DNA of 64,000 nucleotides from Tubulanus polymorphus (lineage: Eukaryota > Animalia > Nemertea), in NCBI RefSeq assembly GCF_964204645.1, contig NC_134029.1, positions 14,812,950 to 14,876,949 on the forward strand, written 5' to 3'. Within the stretch, counting starts at the first letter, position 1. Each line of letters starts with the position of its first letter. The notes under the pieces are model-generated. The model was not told the origin of the DNA. It did no database searches and saw only the letters and a list, made by a program, of their open reading frames with translations. The position numbers were made by a program, and so were the translations under genes. Positions 1 through 10,968 of the stretch are shown piece after piece.

Positions 1-172
1 TAACTTAGTATTTCTATATTAAATCTGTTCCTGCTGTCTGTGTCAACACACGATTGTACTATGTAAATGATATTGAGCAAGGAGTGTATATTGATAAATA
101 TAACCCACAGATTACATCATTTATAAAAACCAAATCTGACAGGCTGGCCATTGTGCCCCTTGGGGCTCTTGT
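1..172 (+). mobile_element. 3' end of Helentron-like non-autonomous element (HINE family B)
   Basis: Ends CAGGCTGGCC (subTIR) plus hairpin GCCCCTTGGGGC-TCTTG-tt. The same end occurs at 11459-11492 and 29122-29155. Confidence 0.7.
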
Positions 173-896
173 TATCATTTCTTAGATCGATGCAAATCCG
201 TTAAAAAATGGGGTTGGTGGTGAGGATAATAGCATCTTAAGGATAGATTGGTATGACCATAAAAGCGTTTCCAGATCTATTTTTAAATGGGATTATTGTT
301 GTTAGTGGCATGTGTATACTAACAAGGTTTTATCTATCTGTTGCCCTGCCCTGTGTCTGTGGATATATGTATCTATATTATTGATTTTGTACTGAGTGTT
401 GCTCGTGTAGTGCTGAAAAACGGCTTTTGCGGCCCGTTACATGGCGCCGCCTACATTGTTCTCATGCAAATGAATAGATGATGAGCATCTTGACTCATCT
501 TGGAACTAGCAGTATGTTGACGGTAAAACATGATGGACGATGTTGTTTGATTTTCTGAGCGAAATTTCAATGTGAAAACTGCCGTAAAATGATCTAAGAC
601 AATATGAAAAATCTAATTTTTCTGGGAGAAGGGCCCCCAGAAACCCCCCTCATTACTTTGTGCCTTTGGCACTCGCGGCACTGGTGCAGCCAGTAACTTC
701 ATGCGTACGGTGTTCGTTATTTCTAGAATATTACGAGATTTTAAATTTTCTGCCTTTTAAATGAAGGCCTGTTACATCCCTGATCAATAATGAATCAAAA
801 TAGACCTACATTTGAATTGTTGAAACGTCATGCAAAGATGTGTAGTCACATTTAAAATTTTTTTCGTGTAAGCTTAAAAGCCTAAATTCCTTTGCT

Positions 897-1050
897 ATCA
901 GGTTTCTGATTGCCGATTGTCGACTCGAGAAATGGTCGACAATCAGGTTTCTGATTGCCGATTGTCGACCCGAGAAATGGTCGACCATCAGGTTTCTGAT
1001 TGCCAATTGCTGATTGTCGACTCGAGAAATGGTCGACTATCAGTTTTCTG
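897..1050. repeat. 45-bp minisatellite, about 3.3 units
   Basis: Unit ATCAGGTTTCTGATTGCCGATTGTCGACTCGAGAAATGGTCGACA starts at 897, 942, 987 and 1039 (third unit has 7 extra bp). Confidence 0.9.
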
Positions 1051-1379
1051 ACGGCAATTTGAAACCGAACCACTCACCTCATTTAGGAAAACCCTCCATG
1101 ATGGAACTATTTTGACCTATTCTGGAGTTGAACCAACTTGGTTTCATCAGTAACCGGCCGGCCTGGTTTGATATGTACTACCCTGAAATTTGAAAAACAT
1201 CAGCTTCTGACTTTATTACTGTGCCGAATCATAAGTTGTTTCTGCTGATGTTTTATGTTGTTTTATGTCATCGTTTCACAGGAACGAAATTATGAGCATT
1301 TGTCAAGTCCTAAATTCCCATAATCAATCTTAGGTAGAGATCACTCCAGAACTTTCTCTCTTCCACTGGTGAATGTTGA

Positions 1380-2410
1380 TTTTCTGTGCCACTTGGTCAA
1401 TCCTTGGACCAGCTATTAGCCCTCAGGGTACAGCTAGCAGTTGGCTTTAAGGTACAGTCTGTGAACAGCTTCAATATACCCATGCTAAATCATGGATATG
1501 AAGTATGTACCTCATACTGCGTGGCCACTTTCTGACAAATGTGCCTAGAGCAGACTGTATCCAGTGGCCATGGTAAGTATATCTATTGACATTATACCTT
1601 GATAGTATGGATAAAACATGCATCATATCAACACCATTCTTTCCATTCACTTTTCAAAGTCAATATGCCGAAACCCATCATGGAAGGTTTCTTTCTGGTT
1701 TTCCAGGGTATTCATCCAAGTAGGTTCATGTTCATGTTAAGTATGACAACTGTTAATTGGTTATTTCCCCTAAAATTTCTAGGATCGAGTGTAGTCCCTC
1801 CAAAGGATTACATGACAAAACAGAGGATGAAGCTTCACGTGAAGGTTTTTGGTCCAGAGTTAGTACATGGATCTAAGAAAGAGGATGAGAAACCAACATA
1901 TAAAGAGTTATTTGTTCCACCTGAAATAAGCATTATTAACTACTTCATGACAAAGGTAATAAACGTATACTGTCCTATCAGCAGTAGTTATTTGTACCAG
2001 TTGTGTTGTACACAGGTAAACCTATACAGCTTTAGATTTCTTCTAAGGAATATTGTTTTCCTGCTCCACATGGTCAATCATTAGACCAGCTATAGGCCCT
2101 CAGGGTACAGCTAGCAGTTGGCCTTATGGTTCAGTCTGTGAACAGTTTCAAAACACTCGTGTCATCGATCATCGATGTTAAGCTCGTACCCCACGTACTG
2201 CATGGCCAATTTACTTGGCCTATGTCATGGGTTTTTGGCAATTGTGCCGAGAGCAGACTGTATCCAGTGACCATGGTAAGTATACATACTGACGTTTTAC
2301 ATAGATAGTATGGATTAAACACACACGTATCAACACAGTTATTTCCATTCACTTTTCGAGTTCAAAGTCAATACCAAAACTCATCATGTAAAGTTTTTTT
2401 CTGGTTTGAA
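1380..2410 (+). repeat. Diverged direct repeat pair (~1380-1720 and ~2055-2410) flanking the 1783-1955 exon
   Basis: Shared blocks such as CCCTCAGGGTACAGCTAGCAGTTGGC, GAGCAGACTGTATCCAGTG-CCATGGTAAGTATA and TTCCATTCACTTTTC in the same order. Confidence 0.85.
1783..1955 (+). CDS. DMXL2: DmX-like/Rabconnectin-3 alpha exon (first exon identified in window)
   Basis: tttctag|GA...AAG|gtaat. Encodes GSSVVPPKDYMTKQRMKLHVKVFGP...PTYKELFVPPEISIINYFMTK, matching the DMXL motif SYKEKFIPPELSMWDYFVAKP. Ends in phase 0. Confidence 0.9.
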
Positions 2411-3800
2411 TTTAGGAAGATAAGATTCCGTTTCATTTTGGGGTTTACTTTTACTTAGTTGTGTTAGTTGTACGCTAAACATTGTTTAGTACTCTTTGAC
2501 TACCTGCCAAGATATGTGTTTATTATTGTATCTCCCGGTAATTATTATGTCTCCCCAGTGAAGGGGAGACATATTTCACTCATCCCCAGTTGAGGGGAGA
2601 CATTTTTCACTGTGTCGTTGTGTGCCATGAGATGTCCCCTGACACATCATTAGTGTGATACAGGCTGCAATTCTTGATGGATTTTTCTCAATCTTAGTGT
2701 GAGGATTGGGGCAGGTGAGATGTCCACCCCGATTAAAAATAAAGGATATCAGCCATCAAACATGGCCATAAGGGCAGCAATCTTGAATTTCTAGTTAGCA
2801 GAATACACTCTTGAATTATTTATAGTCTTTCATGAAATTTAGTGGGTTGGTTTGGAATTGTAAGATGTGTGGCCACATCGAAAATAAAGATAGTCGGTTA
2901 ACACAATACAGCCTTCAATTCTTTTTAGATCTTCATGAAACTCAGTTCGAGCATTGGGGGAGGTGAACTGCCTTTAAATATGGCTTCCAGCAGCCATCTC
3001 GAATTTCTAGATAGTTTGATACGGCCTATAATTCTCAATGGATTTTCATGAAATGCGCTGAGTAGGATTGGCCAGGTAAGATGTGCGCCCCTTATGATAT
3101 CAACCAAATATGGCTGCCACAGTGGCTATCTTGAATTTTCTTGTTAGGCATTTTTAGGCCAGCCGTAGGCTGAGCCTATTACTATTTAAATGGAGCGAAT
3201 TTAAATGACATGGTTTCCAGAGCAAAGTCTCTTTGTCTGTGCAACTGAGCATATATTCATACAAATCATTCATTACAGCATTATCCATTCTCCAAACTCT
3301 ACGTAGCTGAATTTAAAAAGAGGGCCTTGTTAAGATTTATATGAGCTTTTTTTGCGAATATCTGATCGCAAAAATATTGGTTTTGAAAAGCAAATCAGAA
3401 AACAAAGACTCCTCTATGATTGGCTTAGCCGCAGAAATCAGCAGGGGTTAATGTGTACCTGTTTTGTATTTCCGTCGAGTACTGTACCCTTTCCTATGGT
3501 GTTTGCCAATATTTTCTAAATTTGGATTGATCGCCAATGGTTTTTCTATACGACCCGGCCCTGCGGTATTGCATTTAGCCACCGGCGAAATCCGCCATCT
3601 TTTTTCTTGGCCTTCTCGCAGTAGAACGCGTTGGATTTTTTTTGCTGTAAAAATCTGGGAATAAGGATTTTAGGGAGTTTTCACTCTCATAACGGTGAGT
3701 CCGTTCGGTTTGGGGGTTATCCCTGGTTTCTATTTTTCCGTAAGAATTTTATTTACAAATATAATTTGATTGAATCGATTTGATTTGTAACAGGATAATT

Positions 3801-5996
3801 ATGCCACCCCCTCCTAAGGGTCAACATCGTGGCGGGGAGGGATGCGGGCATTTGTTTGGCGCCTGGGACAACCACGATTCGTGTGCGTCGTGCAGGCGCA
3901 AATCCGGTCAAATATGTGCAAGGAGCAATCCTTGCAAGATTTGCGAGGTGTGGTCCGAGGACCTTTGGCTTCGGGCCGATAAGGCTCTTAAACTAAGAGA
4001 TCGTCGTCGAGTTAGCAGGGATTCGTCGGTTTCGTGCCAACCGACGTTTCTAATCCGGTTTCTTATCGTAAAGCGGAGCGGTCGCCGGTCGTTCAGGTAC
4101 GATCGGCTTCCCAACTCCGTTCACCGGGGAGGAACGCTGGTTCACCGGCACCGGTCTCCGGTCATTCACCGGTCTCTGGTCGTTTGGCCGGTTCAGACTA
4201 CATGTTCGGAACCGAGCGCGCGCCGCGGTAGTAATGAACGGCCCGCACCGGTATGGTTGGTACCGGTCCGGTTCGGGCACCAGTCCGGTCCAGACGTCGT
4301 CCGGTTCAAAACATCCGGTACGTTCATCGTCTGATTCTGATCGTCGCTCTGGGGATAGAGCTCGCTCTCCCACTAGATTTAGACGCCGTGAGCGTAATAA
4401 AGGAGCAAGATCTCCTTCTCACAGATCAAGAGGTTTGATCGCGAGAGGGACTACGATGGTTATTGTCGGAAGTTTCGCCGTCGGTCTTCTCATCGTTCGT
4501 CGACGTCGGTTAGCGATGAAGGCGATTCTTCTGGTAGGTCTCGATCCCATTCGAGGGACCGTCACCGAAGTCGGCATGATCGTCGGGATACTGGAAAATA
4601 CCTGACTCAGGAGGATTTCCATGTATTTGAAGAGAAAATTTTAAACTTGTTATCTTCGTCGCAACAAGTCACTGCAACCTCTACAACAGGTAAGCCTATT
4701 CCTGATTGTCCGGTTAGAAGTTCGCCAGCCCACTCAGTTCTTCGGAATTCTGACTCTGAATTCCTGGATGCTGCGGTAGGGTCTGATTTCAATGAGGATC
4801 CGGTCCCAGAAGCGGCAATTCCTTCTGGGGTCGTTCCTGTCGCGAGCAATTGTGGGTTGCCCCAGACGATGGGGGCTTCCCTGGCTCGCAATGTATCTCC
4901 GTCCCGTTCAGTTTTATCCAAACCAGCGGGGGAAATGCCATTTAGAGCGATGATAAGTGAGTTCTTTGTCAAGCACGGGGCAACTCGCACTAAGCCCACA
5001 GCAGCTCCTCTGGTCGGTGAGTCAATGGAAGCTTATCGCCCTCCGGACTACGATCTTAACGTTTTACGGGAATCCTCAGCGGTTTCGAGAGAATGGGCTC
5101 GATTGGATACGCAATTATGGGGTGAATGTCGGCCTGGAACATTTTCATTTCCCCCTCCAGAATGGGGTATGAAATCTGGGAAATATTTTAGTTCAACCGA
5201 TCCACCTATAGGCGCATTTCGCTCGGCGTATTACGCAACTCCAGGTGCTGTGGATCACAGTCATAACTGCCTGGATGCTGATTATACTTTGATCAGCCCG
5301 GATACTGTTACAGCACAGTCGGGTATTCGTTTGCCTAAGTCCGGTTTGGTCGCCATGACGTCAATCCTGGACAATCTTTCCAGGGTTGGTTCGTTTCAAG
5401 ATATGGCACTTAAGGTGTTGACGGGTGAGCTTCGCGAAACTCACGCCGCCGTTCATGCGGGCTCCGACCCAGAGTCAGTTGCCCTAAAACTGGAGGGAAT
5501 GGACCGGATTATCCAATCTTTGGCTCGGTCTGTTTCGCATGTAATTCCGTTGTCGGTTCGGGGTCAGGCTAATCTTGTGTTAGCCTCCCGTCAGTCAGTG
5601 ATGGACTCCAGTTCCAAAGCTCGTCTACCGGATATGGTGTCCAATGCTTTGCTGAGAGCCCCATTGGGGACGTCTTCACGTCTCTTCTCCGGTTGGTGCG
5701 CTCCGGTTTCCGCAGAGCTGAGGAAGATTCAGGAGGTTCAGGCCAAGTCCAACCCCCGAACTCCGTGGAAAAAGCGTTCTGGTCCGACGCCGGCGGCGCA
5801 AGGTTCGGCACGGACGCAAACAGGACCATCTCAAACTTCAGCGCTTTCTCAGGCGGCTTCGGATGCCGGTTGGAGAACTAGCGCGCAACTTCAACAATCG
5901 TGTCCAGCCTCATCCGGTTGTAACAGTTCCGGTTCGTATCGAGGCAAGGGGAAGGCTCCAAAAAGGGGCTCTTCCTTTTGGAAAAACTCGAAATGA
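3801..5996 (+). pseudogene. DIRS gag-like ORF1 (frameshifted)
   Basis: N-terminal Cys/His cluster CGH..DNHDSCASC..C...PC..C..W, an S/R-rich linker broken by frameshifts, then the 449-aa open segment 4647-5996. Confidence 0.75.
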
Positions 5997-6017
5997 ATTC
6001 TTGGGACCAGTGGGAGG

Positions 6018-7272
6018 TTGTCTGCAGCAGGCAGTGGCAGGTCCGACCTTTTTGGAGACGGTTGGCCCTCCCGGGTCGTCTCTCGTGGCTACCGTCTCCG
6101 TTTCCTAAGGCGACCGCGCCTGATGAGGTCACCTCCCGACATGCGGCCAAAACCAGGTCAGGAGGCCTTAATCTCTCCGGCTCTCAAGGAATTGGCCGAG
6201 AAGGGAGCGATAGAACCAGTTTGCAACGAAACTTTTCCCGGCTTGTTTTCTCGAATATTCATGGTACCAAAGGCCACAGGGGGTCAACGGACAGTGATAG
6301 ATCTGTCATCCCTCAATCGGCACCTAGACATTCCAAGGTTCCGGATGACCAAGCCCAAGGACGTGATTCAAGGGCTCCGTCCGGGTCAATGGGCGGCTTC
6401 ATTGGACCTGAAAGATGCTTACTTTCAGGTTCCAATTCACCCAAAATCTCGGCGATTTCTCATGATAAAGTGGAAAGGCCGCCAGTTCCAATTCAGGTCT
6501 CTTCCATTTGGCCTCAGTACGGCCCCGTGGGTATTCACCAAGTTGGTCAAGTCAGTTCAGAAGGTACTTCAGTCAAGGGGTGTTCGACTGTTCGCTTACC
6601 TCGACGACTGGTAAATAGTCGCGAATTCGGCTCAGGAATTGTCGGGAGGCAATGACCTCAGTCTTGGACTTAGTCCATCAGCTAGGGTTCCGCGTAAACA
6701 GGGAAAAATCTCAGTTGACGCCGGCCCAACAGTTCACTTATCTCGGCATGGACTTCGATCTCCGAATCGGCAAAGTCTTTCCGTCTATGGCTCGAGTAGC
6801 CAAACTTCAAGAAGCTGTAGCGGGAGTGTCCACAACCCCGAGAACAGCTCGTTACTGGTCACGGCTTCTAGGCTCCATCAGCTCCATGGGTCTGGTAGTG
6901 CACTTAGGCCGCCTCAGAAGCAGGCGCTTGCAACAATATTGGTAGGTCTTCTGGTCTCAGTCGAAGGGCAACTGGGAGACCTTGATTCCCGTACCTCCAA
7001 CCGATCTAAGTCCGGATCTTCAGTGGTGGGCGGCAACTACGAATCTTCGGCTCGGGGTGTCACTAGCCCCGTTAGAGGCTCCAGTTCGTGTATTCACGGA
7101 TGCCAGTCACCAAGGATGGGGGGCACATCAAGAGAACCGAGTCAAAGCCGGGAGATGGTCTCGCTACGAGGCCACCAACCACATAAATTTCCTAGAAATG
7201 CTGGCCGTGTGGAAGGCCCTGAAGTTCTTTCACAGGAGAGTGGAGGGCCACCACGTTTGGTTAGCCACAGAC
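6018..7272 (+). pseudogene. DIRS reverse transcriptase/RNase H (disrupted)
   Basis: SLDLKDAYFQVPIHP, LPFGLSTAPWVFTK, YLDDW followed by TAA (6612-6614), a +1 frameshift near 6645 and TAG at 6943-6945. RNase H motifs VFTDASHQGWGA and HINFLEMLAV; truncated after WLATD. Confidence 0.93.
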
Positions 7273-7273
7273 A

Positions 7274-7675
7274 TGTCCTGTGCGGGCGTTGTGTTTCTAT
7301 TTAGATCGCTCTGCTTCACGGAGGGGTTCACGGGAGCGGTTATTTATTCCGCTGCTGGATCACCTAAAGGGTGATATTTCGCGGGACACAGTGGCCCGAT
7401 GGGTCTCTTCACTGATCAAGGGCATTTTATTGAAGGAGAATCTTTCCTCGGAGGGAGTGGTTTCTCATCAAGTGAGGTCTATGGCTACTTCCTGCGCAGC
7501 CTTTTCGGGTGCTCCGTTGGAGGAATTCTGTCGGGCCGCCTTTTGGAATTCTCCATCGACATTCACATCATTTTATTTACAGGATGTTTCAGGCCAGTTA
7601 GGCTCATTAGCTTCACTTGGTCCTGTTGTCATGGCTCAAGGTGTCCGTTCTTTCCGATCGCACCCTTTAGTGTAG
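7274..7675 (+). pseudogene. C-terminal half of DIRS tyrosine recombinase
   Basis: CPVRALCFYLDRS...SHQVRSMATS...AAFWNSPSTFTSFYLQDV (H-x-x-R, W and catalytic Y). The N-terminal half is missing. Confidence 0.9.
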
Positions 7676-9468
7676 AATATTTATGTTGCATTATCAGGAT
7701 CACAGGGGGTGTATCCTTGTACATAGTTTGGGCTCATATCTGCAAGTATTAATTTCGCAATATTCTGGGGGGGCCCTGAGCTTGACGGACTCACTGGGGC
7801 CAACAGGTCTTCCCTGTGCTACAGTGCTCCATTCCGTGCTTGGGTAAGTGCTCTCTTTTTCCGTCTTACCTTGCGTTTGAGCGGTGGTTTTTCTATCTAC
7901 CTTTCCCACCATCCTTGTGCTAGGCTAGTCTAGCAAAAACCATAGGAAAGGGTACAGTACTCGACGGAAATATTACAATTTTTGGAACTAAAATTTGTAT
8001 TTCTGAGTAGTACTAACCCTTTCCTATGGTGGGAATCCCGCCCACCTGCCCCGCATAGCTGTTTTTTTTTGGTCTGCTATGACGTAAAAAGATGGCGGAT
8101 TTCGCCGGTGTCTAAATGCAATACCGCAGGGCCGGGTCGTATAGAAAAACCATTGGGGATCAATCCAAATTTAGAAAATATTGGCAAAAACCATAGGAAA
8201 GGGTAAGTACTACTCGGAAATACAAATTTTAGTTCCAAAAATTGTAATTTCTAGATCTAAAATTGTATTTCAAGATCGATTTCTGTGAAAGCTTTTGTTG
8301 ATTTGGTTTTTGGGAGGAATATTTTTAATAGCACTACAGAAAATATCATTGACCGATGTGCAAAGTCCGGAAAAAATAGCTTTTTCTTAAATCGGATAGA
8401 TGACCTTAATATGCTAATTAGCCATATGCTCAAACTACAAATTCAATCAAATTTTATTCTGCATAGAAATATCAAATCCAATTCAATTTTGTTTTATTGA
8501 GCAAATTTCAGAAAATTCTATTCTATTCCGCATTAAAATCAATAAGACCAAGGGAAAAGATTTATCTGAGGTATTTATTCTTGCCAGATCCAGTCGCTGT
8601 CTGTGCTACTTTTGTATTCTACGATTGTATTGTGTAAATTATTAGGTATTGACTCTCAGCTGGGAGTGTATTTTGACAAATTTAAGAGCTATCAATTGGA
8701 TCTGTTTTCTGTATCTGCACGAAGTAGTTACGCGATCGCGTAATGACGTCTTGCGCGAGTTGTTACTTCGCGCAGAATAAACCTGCACGAGCTGTGATGA
8801 ACAGGTGCGTGATCGCGTATTGATGTACTGTACCGCGCGAGTTGTGATGAACAGATTTGACTTTATTCAATTAATTATGCAGCGAACTGTTAAAACATCA
8901 ATATTAATAAAAATAAGATTTCCACTATTTGAATTCGTCAAGAAGGGATATTTAGAAACGTTGTTATTTGTAAATTATCGCTAAAAAAAGCTAAAGATTT
9001 AATGGTTTTGATTTTATATGCCTAAAGACGATGATTGATTACATTGATGTAGTGTATCAAACTTGTAACTTGTAGTGTATCAAAATAGTGATACGGTACG
9101 TGAAAAGTAGCTTAATTACCTTTATCTATTTATTAATCCTAATGTCATGAAATAATCCTGGTCTTGTTATATGATTATATTAGTGTATTCCAACATGTGC
9201 CTAAGACGATGTCCTAACGTAAACTGACCCGTTCTCTAATATTATATTAATTCTATCGCGCGCGCGAACTTAAAGCCCGACGCACACGAGGCAATTTTAG
9301 TCGTAGTGCTGCGACCGATTTTTATCTCACCGAACGCCGCGCACCTCGTTCAAAAATCTAAAAATATAAACCATTTTTATTTGATAAAGCAAAATATCCA
9401 AAACGAAACTACATCTCCTAAACGTCTTAACAAATAAATGTATCTAGGGCACTTATACTAATATAACG

Positions 9469-10035
9469 TTACTTAATGTGCCAATCGTATGCTGACTGAC
9501 AAATTCCGCGGACGACTTCGGACCACCTACACCCTGCCTTGTTCAGTCTAAAATCCGATCGAGGGTTCTTGGATAGCAGGTCTGCAGGCCACCATGGCAC
9601 TCTTTTGGATTCATCACCCTAGCTCGGACAGTTTTTTCGATGCCTCATCATATTTGAATGAAATATCAGCGTGGCACAGAGCGATCTAACTTCATTACTA
9701 TTCAGATCACGGATCTCCATGTTTTCTTTTCATGGAAATAACTCACTCATTTTCGGCAAATCTCCGTTAGTTTCCTTTGATGCCGCCGTACCCGCTGGTG
9801 CCGAAAGCGCGTGCTCCACAAATTTCTGCCGAATGTCATTCGTTGCACCTTCTGTTACCTTTGTGGAAAATGTGAGGGATTCCAGTTTGTTTTTGTTGTG
9901 TTGGTTCTTTCCTTCCTCTTATCCGCAAAGAATGACCGCATATCATAATTTCTTCGAAAATTTCTCAGCATACTTCGTTGCCATATGCCACGCATGTCGT
10001 AAGTCTGCAGTCATTTTGTTTGAGTCCGTATCCAT
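9469..10035 (-). pseudogene. NRF1/erect wing/P3A2-like DNA-binding-domain gene, intronless, 4 in-frame stops
   Basis: 189 codons without frameshift: ...DLPKMSELFP*KENMEIRDLNSNEVRSLCATLI...PS*GDESKRVPWWPADLLSKNPRSDFR...WSEVVRGICQSAYDWH, versus NRF1 ELPPL...VDKMTQAQLRAFIPEML...PGWGKESCKPIWWPEDIPWANVRSDVR...WTQALRTIVKNCYKQH. Confidence 0.85.
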
Positions 10036-10151
10036 GTTGTTAATTGTTGGTCGTTGAGCGTTGGTCGTTTTCCGTTGTAAATGATGTTGTAAGTGATGTT
10101 AAGTGTTAAAAGAATCAAAGAATACCGTTTAATGTGGTGAGAAATTGCAGA

Positions 10152-10159
10152 TTTTTATA
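10152..10159 (-). promoter_or_regulatory. Candidate TATA box of the NRF1-like gene
   Basis: TATAAAAA on the minus strand, 117 bp upstream of the ATG at 10035. An AATAAA lies on the minus strand near 9376-9381, downstream of the stop. Confidence 0.4.
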
Positions 10160-10267
10160 CGGTTCTTCTATCATTGTCTTCAGAATTTCTAGACCAATTA
10201 TTTTACATAGGTCTTCTAGACACGATAATTATGAAGAAATTAGGGTTCCTGGTACAATTGGCAAACA

Positions 10268-10968
10268 TTGTGCTGGTGTTTTAAAATAAATGGGCGAATG
10301 GGATTGCTAATTATGCACATGCCACAATTTCTGCTTCGTTTTACATTTTGGCTACTTATTGTAAGAAAATTACTCCCATTTGAATCTAATTCTAAAGAAT
10401 TAGGTACCGATTATAATGATTTCATTGTTCGTTTCCTCAGGAGCCAACACTGGACGGGTACATCAGAGTTTAAAAATGCATTTACATAGTAGTTTATGCT
10501 AGACTTAAAATTAGTTAACAGCAGAAATTCATAACAAATGTGTATATTCATAGTAATCAAGTTATAGCCAGACAGGCATATTCCATCCGACAGCGCCAGG
10601 TGCCTTCAGAAAAATGCAAATGATAAATTTCAAATATTTTCATATATATATAATGCAGGAAGGAGATCGAATTTATGGCAAAAAATTAGGGCTTCCATCT
10701 CATGCCGGGTAATTAAGTAAATTCCAAATAGAAATGCTGGCCAACCCATTTTCTTAGCTATCGGGTCTAAAGATTACTTGTTTATAGAATTATTTGAATA
10801 CTTTATAAATAGGTGCCCGGCTATGTGTAAAATTAACTTAGGAAAAATGAGAAAATATCATTTTTGTCTTATATCCCGCAATAAATTGAATCCAACAACT
10901 AAAAAATGCTAACTACAGACCACGAAAAGAGATATTTTTCTCTTCAATCTGTGGGTGTTCAACGTTAA
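10268..10968 (+). pseudogene. Highly decayed Crypton/DUF3504-like tyrosine recombinase relic
   Basis: Collinear motif remnants across frameshifts: FWLLIVRK..FESNS..IVRFLR..SEFK; VYARLK; L*-QTGIFHPTAPGAF; SHAG*L; IELFEYFINRCP; FCL; YFSLQSVGVQR*. The catalytic R and the HxxR/Y region are not visible. Confidence 0.45.

Larger units (their letters stand above)
3467..8248 (+). mobile_element. DIRS1-type tyrosine-recombinase retrotransposon, defective (internal deletion)
   Basis: Left ITR (~3467-3605) is the reverse complement of the right ITR (~8086-8204, extension to 8248). The internal complementary region 7933-8030 pairs with both ends. Contains gag-like, RT, RNase H and YR segments. Confidence 0.95.

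Noticed and set aside
897-1050. CRISPR-like array of palindromic repeats
   Set aside because: Units are contiguous with no unique spacers, there are no cas genes, and the context is a eukaryotic intron.
1282-1368. Possible upstream DmX exon (tttcacag acceptor, gtgaat donor)
   Set aside because: All three frames from 1282 hit stops before the donor.
1784-1876. Alternative frame ending REGFWSRVSTWI* as a terminal exon
   Set aside because: The other frame matches DMXL and splices in phase to eight further exons.
4050-6655. Overlapping and antisense ORFs within the DIRS (e.g. 4050-4373, 4607-4999, 5978-6655) as separate genes
   Set aside because: Expected by-products of GC-rich coding sequence, with no independent motifs.
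9671-10057. 128-aa + strand ORF as a gene
   Set aside because: It is the antisense shadow of the NRF1-like frame and has no recognisable motifs.
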